From: Sandaracinaceae bacterium
Lineage (GTDB): Bacteria > Myxococcota_A > Polyangia > Polyangiales > Sandaracinaceae
Assembly: GCA_044220955.1 (NCBI GenBank)
Contig: JBGAQA010000005.1
Span: forward strand, 73,052-137,051
Length of the DNA: 64,000 nt
Reading direction: 5' to 3'
Numbering within the stretch: position 1 is the first letter of the stretch; the number at the start of each line of letters is the position of its first letter. The notes below the pieces were generated by a model. The model was given only the letters and a program-made list of their open reading frames with translations. It was not told the DNA's origin and searched no databases. Below, piece by piece: positions 48,732-57,483 of this stretch. Position numbers and translations under genes: made by a program.

Positions 48732-49222
48732 CGCGCCTCGCTCGGGCCCCGTCGGGAGCCACGAGCACCGGGGACAAGCGCGCTCTCGCGGCGACGATCC
48801 TGCTCGCCGTCGAGAGCGCGCACCGGGAGGGGGTGGACCTCTCCCTCTCCGGTCTCGCGGACCGCATCCGCCAGCTCGCGGCCGTGGACCCGCTCCAGGC
48901 GGTGACCACCACCGTGCTCGCCTCGGCGACCGCGTTCTACGCGGCAGAGCGGGGCGTGAACGAGAAGGTGAGGACCTTCGGCGACGCGCTCGCCTACTGC
49001 GCGACCAGCCTCTCGGTGGGCTACCACGACATCTTCCCGCGCACCGAGGCCGGGAAGGCCATCACCACCCTCTTGCACACGCTCGGCCCCGCGCTCGCGG
49101 CCAAGGCGCTCGATGCGCCTCAGCGCGAGCAGGAGAAGAAGGAGCAAGAGGCGAGCGAGCACCAACGCGCGGTGCTCGCCCGGCTCGAGGAGATCGCTGC
49201 GGTTCTGCGCGCGCGCGCGTAG
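48728..49222 (+). CDS. KcsA-like two-TM ion channel protein with an atypical filter
   Basis: TM1-FYAAERGVN, TFGDALAY pore helix, SVGYHDIFPRT.AGK, TM2, coiled tail; ATG overlaps the flotillin stop. Confidence 0.8.
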   Translation: MTRLARAPSGATSTGDKRALAATILLAVESAHREGVDLSLSGLADRIRQLAAVDPLQAVTTTVLASATAFYAAERGVNEKVRTFGDALAYCATSLSVGYHDIFPRTEAGKAITTLLHTLGPALAAKALDAPQREQEKKEQEASEHQRAVLARLEEIAAVLRARA

Positions 49223-49347
49223 GACGAGGCAGTGACGTCGACGACGTTCGGCGCGAGGTCCGAACGCCTGCGCGTCGTGGCCGGGCGGAGGTGGCGCCTG
49301 GTCACTGGAGCCTGCCCTCGCGACCGTGACGAGCATCACCCGAACGC

Positions 49348-49385
49348 GCTGCGGCGAGCGACGCTCTCGCATCGCTCGCCGCGGC
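49348..49385. terminator. GC-rich hairpin between convergent genes
   Basis: GCTGCGGCGAGCGA-cgctctcgca-TCGCTCGCCGCGGC. Confidence 0.5.
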
Positions 49386-49402
49386 GTCGATCGCTCGGGT
49401 GC

Positions 49403-50794
49403 TCAGCAGGGGCCGGCGTGCTGCACGCTGACGCCGGCGGCTCCTGCGGCACAGGCGTTGTAGTACGTCGTGCCGTCGCAGCCGCAGACCGGCATCACCA
49501 CCGCCGGGCAGGCGTCGGGGATCGTCGTGCAGGTCCCGGTGCCGTCCGCCGCGCCGCACGACACGCCGACGGCCGGATCGACGGGGTAGTCGCAGTACTG
49601 GCCGGACGGGCACGCGACGCCGCCGAAGCCCCCGCAGCTCGTGCCACCTCCGGCGCACGCAGCGTCGTGCTGCACGCTGATACCCGCCGCCGCGGCCTCG
49701 CAGGCGTTGCCGTACGTCGTGCCATCGCATCCGCACACGGGCATGACCACGTCCGGGCAAGCTCCCGGGATCTCGCGGCACTCACCGAGCGCATCCGCGA
49801 CGCCACAGGCGAGACCCGTGGGGTCGACCGCGTGGTCGCAGTACTGGCCGGACGGGCATCCGAAGCCCGCGATACCGCCGCACGTGGTCGATGAGCTCGC
49901 GCACTCTCCGCCGTGCAGGATGGACACGCCGCTCCCGTGCGCATGGCAGGGGTTCGAGTACGTCCGGTCGTCGCAGCCGCAGACCGGCGCCCACTCCTCG
50001 GTGCACGCCTCGGGCGGCAAGACGCACACGCCTTGCGCATCGGGCGTCCGGCACGCGCCGACGCCGAAGATGCACGCCTGGCCGGCCGGGCACGCGGTGC
50101 CGGCGAAGCCCGCGCACGTCGTCGGCGTGGTCGGACAGGCGCGCTGCTCCCAGCCGCACGAGCCCGTGGCGGGATCACGCATGCAGTGGCCGGTGTTGCC
50201 GCCGATCGATCCGTCGGCACAGACGATCGCAGGCGAGCCGGGCATCGGACCGCACTCGGCGATCGTGCACTCGGTCGTCGGATCGCACGCGCGTACCTCC
50301 CACTCGCACGTCCCGGCCGCCGACGCGATGCAGCGACCCGTGAAACCACCCGCAGAGCCGTCGGCGCAGAGCCACGATGGGATGCCCGGCGCCGGGCCGC
50401 AGCTCGTCGGGTCCGAGCAGCTCGGGTCGGTGCTCGGCGTCCAGGCGCAGGTGCCGTCGGCGAGCCGCTCGCACGTCACGGTGGTGCCCGGCACCACCGG
50501 CGGGACGGGCCCGCACTCGGTCGTCGAGCATGCGATGGGCGGGCACTCGCGCACCTCCCAGCCGCACGTCGCCGGATCGCCCTGCGCGATGCAGCGGCCG
50601 GTGTTGCCGCCGGTCGAGCCATCAGCGCAAGTGATGGTCGGCAGGCCCAGGGCCACCCCGCACGCCGACCGATCGCACTCGTCGCCGCCGATGGGCACCG
50701 GATCGGCGCAGCCGCGAGCACCGAGCAGGACCGGCCAGAGCAGCGCGAGCGTGGCGACGGGGAGCAGAGGAGGTCGGGAGAGCGAGACGAACAT
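49403..50794 (-). CDS. Cys-rich lipoprotein with three C-terminal Kazal-type domains
   Basis: Lipobox-like GARGC; repeats of CGP.PG.P...CADGS.GG.TG.C; three PVCGCD..TY.N.C.A...G.S..H.G.C motifs. Confidence 0.85.
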   Translation of the reverse strand: MFVSLSRPPLLPVATLALLWPVLLGARGCADPVPIGGDECDRSACGVALGLPTITCADGSTGGNTGRCIAQGDPATCGWEVRECPPIACSTTECGPVPPVVPGTTVTCERLADGTCAWTPSTDPSCSDPTSCGPAPGIPSWLCADGSAGGFTGRCIASAAGTCEWEVRACDPTTECTIAECGPMPGSPAIVCADGSIGGNTGHCMRDPATGSCGWEQRACPTTPTTCAGFAGTACPAGQACIFGVGACRTPDAQGVCVLPPEACTEEWAPVCGCDDRTYSNPCHAHGSGVSILHGGECASSSTTCGGIAGFGCPSGQYCDHAVDPTGLACGVADALGECREIPGACPDVVMPVCGCDGTTYGNACEAAAAGISVQHDAACAGGGTSCGGFGGVACPSGQYCDYPVDPAVGVSCGAADGTGTCTTIPDACPAVVMPVCGCDGTTYYNACAAGAAGVSVQHAGPC

Positions 50795-50939
50795 GGTGAA
50801 AGCCTCCGAAGCGGGACGGCGCACCGCGGTACCCCCGAGGCCCATGCGACCGCCGTCTTCCGAACAGTCGCCGCACCCGCCCGCGTCCATCACGAAAAAC
50901 GGAAGGGCGATGCTCTCGCATCCCGTTCTCGGCCCTGTC

Positions 50940-52088
50940 ATGTTCGCCGGCGTGGAGCGTGGGTGGAGCGCGATCGCGACCGCGGCGGGGCTCGCGCTCC
51001 TGACATGGGTGGCGTGCCGTGCGCGCGCCGACGAGTCTGCGCCGGTCGACGAGACGAGCTGGGTCGCGGTCGTGACGGCGTACGAGGCGGACGCGAGCTG
51101 TCCGTCACGGTCGGAGCTCGAAGCGCGCATACGCGCGCTGGTGCGCCAGCCCACGCAGACGATCCAGGCTCGGGTGGCCATCGACGCGCTCGAAGGCGCG
51201 TTCGAGGCCCGCGTGGAGGTGCTCGACGGAGCGACGAGCGCGGTGCGCACGCTCCACGGCCACGAGTGCAGCGCGCTCGCGAGCACCGTGGCGCTGGTGA
51301 TCGCGATGGTGATCGATCCGAGCGCGGCGGAGCGAGCCGCAGCGGCCGAGCGTCAGGGCGAGAGCGAGGGCGAGAGTGACGTCGAGAGCGACCTCGAGAG
51401 CGAGGGCGAGAGCGACCTCGAGAGCGAGAGTGACGTCGAGGTCGAGGGCGAGGGCGAGAGTGAGGGCGAGGGCGAGGGTGAGAGCGAGGGCGAGAGCGAG
51501 GGCGAGAGTGACGTCGAGGTCGAGACCCCGCCGGAGTCCGCCTCCGCGCTCGCTGCGGGCGAGCCGGAGTCCCTCGAGGTCGCTTTCATCGCCGAGCTCT
51601 TCTTCGTCGGCAGCGCGGGACTGCTCCCGTCGCCGAGCTACGGCGGCACGGGTCTGGCAGGGATCCGCGTCGAGCGCCTCGAGGTCGCGCTCGGCGCCAC
51701 GCTGCTCGCCGAGTCGCGCGCGACGCTCACCTCGACGCGCGGCGGTGACTTCGCGCTCGCTCTGGGGCGGCTCCGGGTCGGCTACGCGTTCGACCTGCGA
51801 CCGCTCGAGATCGCCCCCTCGATCGCCCTGGACGTGGGCGCGACGTGGGGCCGCGGCTACGGCGTGGTCCGGCCAGGCGCGGGCACCGCGCTCTCGATCG
51901 ACGTCGCGCTGGGCCTCGAGGCGCGCGCCTTCTTCCTTCCGGAGCTCGGCGTCGCCCTCTTCGCCGAGCTCGACGTGCCCCTGCTCCGCCCGGACTTCGT
52001 CTTCACCGGCATCGCGCCCTCCCCCGTCTTCCGCGCGTCCGAGGTGGGCACGATCTTCGGGCTCGGACTCGTTCTACTCTCCAGCTGA
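50940..52088 (+). CDS. Secreted/outer-membrane protein: N-terminal domain, Glu-rich linker, C-terminal beta-barrel-like region
   Basis: Signal peptide, CPS...L.ARI, R.L....C.ALA...ALVIA..IDP, (GE/SE)n linker, amphipathic strands. Start may be 50910 or 50952. Confidence 0.7.
   Translation: MFAGVERGWSAIATAAGLALLTWVACRARADESAPVDETSWVAVVTAYEADASCPSRSELEARIRALVRQPTQTIQARVAIDALEGAFEARVEVLDGATSAVRTLHGHECSALASTVALVIAMVIDPSAAERAAAAERQGESEGESDVESDLESEGESDLESESDVEVEGEGESEGEGEGESEGESEGESDVEVETPPESASALAAGEPESLEVAFIAELFFVGSAGLLPSPSYGGTGLAGIRVERLEVALGATLLAESRATLTSTRGGDFALALGRLRVGYAFDLRPLEIAPSIALDVGATWGRGYGVVRPGAGTALSIDVALGLEARAFFLPELGVALFAELDVPLLRPDFVFTGIAPSPVFRASEVGTIFGLGLVLLSS
51355..51524 (+). repeat. 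Low-complexity GAG(G/A)GC repeat encoding a Glu-rich linker
   Basis: Encodes GESEGESDVESDLESEGESDLESESDVEVEGEGESEGEGEGESEGESEGESDVEVE. Confidence 0.85.
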
Positions 52089-52153
52089 GAAACCATGACG
52101 GTTCGGGCGCGCGCTGGACACTGTGGTCTTCGTCGGGTGCGGAGACGGATGCG

Positions 52154-52738
52154 ATGTGGGGCGAAGTGAACGCTCGCGAGAGCAGCCCGGAGGCCACGAG
52201 CGCCGCGCGGGCGCGCGTGGAAGTGCCCGACTTCAGGGAGGTCTACGAGAAGCACGTCACCTCGCTGTGGCGTGGCGCGCGCGCTCTCGGCATCCCCGAG
52301 CACGCGGTCGAGGACGTGCTCCAGGACGTCTTCGTGGTCGTTCACCGGCGTCTCCCCGAGTTCGAGGGACGCGCGGCGCTGCGGACCTGGCTGATGAAGA
52401 TCCTCGTGCGCGTCGTCGCGACCCACCGGCGCCGGCACCGGCGCAAGGGCGGGCACGACGAGCTGCCCGACGTGCCCGACGAGCGCGAGGCCGGCCCGCA
52501 CGAGCATGCCGCGCGGCGTGAGGCGGCGGTGCTGCTGCAGAAGATCCTCGACGCGATGGACGAGGACCAGCGCACCGTGTTCGTGCTCGCCGAGATCGAG
52601 CAGCTCCCGGTGCCCGAGATCGCGATCGCGATCGGAGAGAACGTGAACACCACCTACTCGCGCCTGCGCCTCGCGCGCAGGGACTACGAGACGCAGCTCG
52701 CGCGACTCCGGGCGCGCGACGAATGGAGGGGACGATGA
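52154..52738 (+). CDS. ECF-family RNA polymerase sigma factor
   Basis: F..VY..H, VEDVLQDVF, FEGRAALRTWL..I, R.VFVL.EIE....EIA..G...NT..SRLRLAR. Confidence 0.92.
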   Translation: MWGEVNARESSPEATSAARARVEVPDFREVYEKHVTSLWRGARALGIPEHAVEDVLQDVFVVVHRRLPEFEGRAALRTWLMKILVRVVATHRRRHRRKGGHDELPDVPDEREAGPHEHAARREAAVLLQKILDAMDEDQRTVFVLAEIEQLPVPEIAIAIGENVNTTYSRLRLARRDYETQLARLRARDEWRGR

Positions 52739-53631
52739 GCGACCTCGGCGAAGACGGAGCGCCCATCGACCGCTCTCTGCTCGACGCGGCACGGCCGGCG
52801 CTCGAGCCGACCGACCTGCAGCGCAGCCGGCTACGGCGCGCCGTGCTAGGCGCGATCGCCACGAGCGCGGTGACGACCGGAACCGCAGCCGGCGCGCAGG
52901 CGGCGGCGAGCGCGACGGGCACGGCGACGGCGGCCGGCGCTGCGGGAGGCGGCGCCACGGCCGCGGGGCTGGGGCTCGGCCTGGGCGCCAAGCTCGCGAT
53001 CGGGGCGATCGCGATCGCGTCGGTCGTCGCGGCGGTCGTGGCGAGCCAGCCGGTGGGCCGAGGCGCAGCCGTGCAGAGCGGGGAGGCGCGAGCGCGGCCC
53101 GAGGGCTCGTCGGAGGCCAGCGCCCGGATCGAACGGGCGCGCGTCGCCGAGCGGACACGCGAGCCGGTCGTGGCGGAGACGCCCGAAGCGCCTCGAGCGC
53201 CCGCGAGTCCGCTCCACGTGCCCGCACCGGCGCCGGCGCGCGTGGCGAGCGAGCGCGTCGTCCCGCGTGCCCCGCTGCCCACGCGCGCCAGCGAGCCCTC
53301 GAGCACCGCGAGCGCGCTCGGACCGAGGGCGCCCGCCGAGGACCCCGTCCTTGCCGAGATGCGGCTTCTCGCCCAGGCACGGGCCGCGATCGCGCGGCAC
53401 GACGGCACAGCGGCGATGGCGCTGCTCGACGAGCACGCGCGGCGCTTCCCGACCGGCGAGCTCCGCGAGGAGCGCCTCGCCAACCGCGTGGCCGCGCTCT
53501 GCGCCCTGGGCGAGCCCGAGCGCGCGCACACCGAAGCGACGGCGTTCTTCACCAGCTATCCCGGCTCGGTGCACTCGAGCGGCGTTCGCGCCGCGGACTG
53601 CTGGAGCGACGCGAGCGGCGCGACTCCCTGA
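52735..53631 (+). CDS. Putative anti-sigma factor: TM helix, Pro linker, C-terminal TPR-like domain
   Basis: ATG overlaps the sigma stop; TM; LAEMRLLAQARAA....AMALLDEHARRFPTGELREER...ALC..G...F...YPGS.H. Confidence 0.75.
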   Translation: MSDLGEDGAPIDRSLLDAARPALEPTDLQRSRLRRAVLGAIATSAVTTGTAAGAQAAASATGTATAAGAAGGGATAAGLGLGLGAKLAIGAIAIASVVAAVVASQPVGRGAAVQSGEARARPEGSSEASARIERARVAERTREPVVAETPEAPRAPASPLHVPAPAPARVASERVVPRAPLPTRASEPSSTASALGPRAPAEDPVLAEMRLLAQARAAIARHDGTAAMALLDEHARRFPTGELREERLANRVAALCALGEPERAHTEATAFFTSYPGSVHSSGVRAADCWSDASGATP

Positions 53632-53692
53632 CGACCGGAGCGGCGTTCGCGTTGACAGCAGGAGCGCGACCTCGGACGCTCGCGAGCACTCG

Positions 53693-55294
53693 ATGCAAGC
53701 GCCCGCACCCGAAGGGGACGTCGCAGATCCGCTGATCGGCACCGTCGTGGGCGGCCGATGGCGCATCGAGCGCATCCTCGGCGAGGGCGGGCACGCACGC
53801 GTCTACGCGGCGCGGGACGAGACGGGGCTGACGGCGGCGGTGAAGGTGCTCCACCCGCACCTCGTCGCCGACAAGCCGCTCTGCGAGCGCTTCCGCCGGG
53901 AGGCGGAGCACGCGGCCTCCGTCGCGCACCGCCGCATCGTTCGAACGCTGGGCATCGGCGAGCTCGAGGGCGGGCGACCCTGGATCGCCATGGAGCGGCT
54001 CGACGGGACGCCGCTCGATGCGCTGATCGCCGCGGGTCGGATCTCCCTTCCCGTCGTCATGAGCGTCGGCGAGCAGATGGCCGAGGCGCTCGCGCGCGCG
54101 CACGACCTCGGCCTCGTCCATCGCGACGTCAAGCCTGCCAACGTGTTCGTCACCGCGGGCGAGGGGCAGGCGCCCGAGGTGAAGCTCGTCGACTTCGGGC
54201 TCGCACGGCGCATCCGCGAGGAGCCCACGCAGCGGAAGCTGACACGGCGGGGCGAGATCATGGGCACGCCCGCGTACATCGCGCCCGAGCTGCTGCGCGG
54301 CTCGCAGGCGAGCCCTTCGATCGATCTCTACTCGCTCGGCTGCGTCCTGTTCGAGATGCTCGCCGGGCGCCCGCCCTTCGTCGGTCCGACGATCCCCTCC
54401 GTCCTGCTCGCGCAGCTCGAGGACCCGGCGCCCGACGTCCGCACGCTGCGGCCGGACACGCCGGAGGCGCTCGCGGAGCTCGTTCGCGCGCTGCTGACCA
54501 AGACGCCCGAGGAGCGGCCGCCGGACGCCCACGAGGTGAGGCGCATGCTCCTCGAGATGCTCGAGCAGCTCGAGGCGCGCCCCTCGCTCGCCGGCGTGCC
54601 CGGCATGCGCGAGGCCGACGTCGCGGACCTGCCCGCGGCCCCGTGGCGACGTGCGCTGATCTCCCTCGTCACCCGGGTACGCCCCGACGATGCCGAGGGG
54701 CGTGCGCTGGCGGCGAAGATCTCGTCCGGCCTCGCGGAGCTCGCGCAGGAGGACACGAGAGGCGTCGCCCTGCAGGGACGCATCCGTGCGCTCGACGACG
54801 GTGTCTACGAGGCGCGTCAGCGGCTCGGCCACGCGGTCCAGGAGATCGGGGTCGAGCTCTCCGCGGCGCGCGTGGCGCTGCGCACGACGCAGGCGCAGAT
54901 CGAGGAGGCGAGCGCGGACGACACGGCCGCCGAAGCGGAGCTGCACAAGACGGAGCGACGGATGGCCATGCACTGGCCCTCGCGCTTCGACGGTCCGTCG
55001 CGCGAGCTGGCCGATCTCGTGGAGCAGGTCGCGAGCGCGCTGCGCGCCTGGTGTGACGCGCGCGAGCGACGGGAGGCCGCGCGCGCCGAGCTCGGTCCGT
55101 CTACCTCGCGCGTCGAGGACCTCGAGTTCCAGCTCACCGAGCTGCGCGGACGGCTCCGCGAGGTGGAGGTGAAGGCGACGCTCGAGCAGGCCGAACCCGG
55201 CACCTCGCTCGCGATGGTGCAGGCGCGCGCCCGCGCGATCGAGGAGCGGCTAAGGGAGCAGGGTCTGGCGCTGCAGCAGCACGTCTCACGCTGA
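53693..55294 (+). CDS. Cytoplasmic Ser/Thr protein kinase with a C-terminal coiled coil
   Basis: LGEGG..RVY, AVK, HRDVKPAN, DFG, GTPAYIAPE; heptad-rich C-terminus; no TM helix. Confidence 0.9.
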   Translation: MQAPAPEGDVADPLIGTVVGGRWRIERILGEGGHARVYAARDETGLTAAVKVLHPHLVADKPLCERFRREAEHAASVAHRRIVRTLGIGELEGGRPWIAMERLDGTPLDALIAAGRISLPVVMSVGEQMAEALARAHDLGLVHRDVKPANVFVTAGEGQAPEVKLVDFGLARRIREEPTQRKLTRRGEIMGTPAYIAPELLRGSQASPSIDLYSLGCVLFEMLAGRPPFVGPTIPSVLLAQLEDPAPDVRTLRPDTPEALAELVRALLTKTPEERPPDAHEVRRMLLEMLEQLEARPSLAGVPGMREADVADLPAAPWRRALISLVTRVRPDDAEGRALAAKISSGLAELAQEDTRGVALQGRIRALDDGVYEARQRLGHAVQEIGVELSAARVALRTTQAQIEEASADDTAAEAELHKTERRMAMHWPSRFDGPSRELADLVEQVASALRAWCDARERREAARAELGPSTSRVEDLEFQLTELRGRLREVEVKATLEQAEPGTSLAMVQARARAIEERLREQGLALQQHVSR

Positions 55295-55576
55295 CCGGCG
55301 CATCGACGCGCGGACGTTTGAGGTACCTTCTCTTCGTGGGCAAGCCACTCGAGTGCGTGTTGATCGGGCTCGCGACGGTGCTGCTCGGGCCCTGCCTGGA
55401 GACACCGGCCTGGGACGCGACGGACCGGAGGTGGACGAGCGTGCCCTACGGGCGCCCTCCCTTCGGCTGCGACGTGTCTGCTCCGTCCGGATCGCGAGCG
55501 CACGCGACCCTCGGTCGCTCGTGGCCCTGCTCGTCGTCGGCCGCCGCTGCCGGCGGTGCGTTCGAGGGGAGGTGAC

Positions 55577-57457
55577 GTGCCGCTGCGCCCGCTGATCGCC
55601 TCCCTGGCCGGGCTGCTCGTCGCGGCATGCGGCGGCGCGGCCACGCCCGCGGCCGACGCGGGGCCGGACGCGACCGGGGACGAGCCCGTGGCGCCCGCCC
55701 CACCCACGGTCGGGCCCTGTGCGGCGGGCTGGCGCGAGGTCGAGGCCGAGCCCGGCCTCGTCGTCTGCGATCCATGGCCCGCGTCCGGACATCGCGCCGA
55801 CTGTCCGCTCGGCCAGGCGCACTTCGCCGGTACGCCCGACTGCGCGCGCGTCGGGACCGCGTGCGACGCGAGCGGTTGGCCCACGGACCTGCCCGCGGGT
55901 CGCCCGGTGGTGTACGTGGACGACGACGCGGCCCCCGGCGGCGACGGCGCCTCGCGAGCGACCGCGCTCGGCTCGATCACGGCCGCTCTGGCCGCAGCAC
56001 CCGCCGACGCGGTGATCGCGCTCGCTCGGGGACGCTACGACGAGGACGTCGTGATCGACGCCGGCGTCACGCTCTGGGGCGCCTGCCCCGAGGGCACGAG
56101 GCTGACGTCGAGCCGCACGTCGCTCGTGGACTACGCCGTCGTGCTCGGAGGTGTCGGGGCGGGTCTGCGCAACCTCGCGTTCGTCGACTCCGCCCGCCAG
56201 GCCGTCGTGGTGCGCGCCGCGGGCACGACGATCGAGCAGGTCGTGGCCGATCGCGTCACGCTCGAGGTGCTCTTCGTCGAGAGCGGAGACGTGAGGGTCG
56301 ACGGAATGGCCATCCGCGACACCGCCCTCGACGGCAACGGGCGGTTCGGACGCGGTGTCGATCTCGACCGCGGCGCGCACGCTCGGCTCGAGCGCGTGGT
56401 GATCGATGGCTCGCACGACTTCGCGGTGGCGCTCACGATCGGAGCGCGGCTCGAGGCGACGGGGCTGGCCGTCGAGGGAACCCTGCCCAGGGGAGACGGC
56501 CTCGGCGGGGTGGGCGTGTACGCCGCCGGGGCAGGAACGAGCGTGCACCTCGCGGCCGCCGCGATCGAGCACAGCCGCTACATCGGGATCTACTTGCGGG
56601 AAGGCGCGACGCTCGACGCGACGGATCTCGTGGTGCGCGACACGGCGACGGGACGGTCGGCCGTGCACGGCGACGGCGTGCTGGGCGAGGGAATCCGCGC
56701 CGAGGCCGGTGGTGGGGCGACGATCGCGCGCGCCTGGATCGAGCGCAGCCACGACCTCGGGATCATGATCGCGGGCCCGACCACGCTGGAGGCGCGAGAC
56801 GTCGTGGTCCGCGAGACGGCTGGCCGCGAGGCGGGCCTGCTCGGGCGCGGGATCGGGATCCAGGACGGCGCGAGCGCCGTCCTCGAGCGCGTGCGCATCG
56901 CGGACAGCCGGGAGGCGGGGCTCTACGTGAACGCCGCGACCAGGGTCAGCGCCAGCGACATCGACGTGTCCGACACCCGGGCCAACGGGGCCGGCCTCTA
57001 CGGCTTCGGCCTCTGGGCCGAGCACGCTCAGGTCACTCTCGCCCGCGTACGAATCGCTCGCTCGCTCGTCAGCGGCCTCGGCCTGGGCCAGCTCGCCGCG
57101 GTGGACGCGACGGACCTCTCCGTCGAGGCGAGCGCGCCGGGCTGCTTCGTGACGGGCTGCACCGAGCCCGTCGGCGGGTTCGGTGTCTCGGCCCACTTCG
57201 GCGCGACCCTGACCGTGACCGGCTTCGCCATCCGTGAGAGCGCGCTCTGCGGCGTCGTCATCGGGATGGACGCGCCGACGGGAGCGACCGGGCTCGACCT
57301 CACCCGAGGAGCGGTGGAGCGCGCGCCCGTCGGCGCCTGCCTGCAGGTGCCCGACTACGACACCCGGCGGCTGCAGCACGAGGTCGTCTGGCGCGATGTC
57401 GGCCTCACCCTGCAGGCGACGAGCTACGCCCTGCCGGACGCGCTCACCAGCCCCTGA
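55577..57457 (+). CDS. Lipoprotein with right-handed parallel beta-helix repeats
   Basis: GGAGGT SD, lipobox VAAC, VYVD..A..GGDG....SI..AL, repeated V.DT......G.GI....GA...L.R..I units. Confidence 0.8.
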   Translation: MPLRPLIASLAGLLVAACGGAATPAADAGPDATGDEPVAPAPPTVGPCAAGWREVEAEPGLVVCDPWPASGHRADCPLGQAHFAGTPDCARVGTACDASGWPTDLPAGRPVVYVDDDAAPGGDGASRATALGSITAALAAAPADAVIALARGRYDEDVVIDAGVTLWGACPEGTRLTSSRTSLVDYAVVLGGVGAGLRNLAFVDSARQAVVVRAAGTTIEQVVADRVTLEVLFVESGDVRVDGMAIRDTALDGNGRFGRGVDLDRGAHARLERVVIDGSHDFAVALTIGARLEATGLAVEGTLPRGDGLGGVGVYAAGAGTSVHLAAAAIEHSRYIGIYLREGATLDATDLVVRDTATGRSAVHGDGVLGEGIRAEAGGGATIARAWIERSHDLGIMIAGPTTLEARDVVVRETAGREAGLLGRGIGIQDGASAVLERVRIADSREAGLYVNAATRVSASDIDVSDTRANGAGLYGFGLWAEHAQVTLARVRIARSLVSGLGLGQLAAVDATDLSVEASAPGCFVTGCTEPVGGFGVSAHFGATLTVTGFAIRESALCGVVIGMDAPTGATGLDLTRGAVERAPVGACLQVPDYDTRRLQHEVVWRDVGLTLQATSYALPDALTSP

Positions 57458-57483
57458 GCGCGCTCGGTGGACCGCGACGATCC

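Noticed and set aside
49232..49894. Plus-strand 220-aa ORF after the channel gene
   Set aside because: It overlaps the terminator-like hairpin and the antisense of the Kazal gene and has no motifs.
49641..50909. N-terminal half of the 815-aa ORF 49641-52088
   Set aside because: It is the antisense of the Kazal lipoprotein; the signal peptide begins near 50940.
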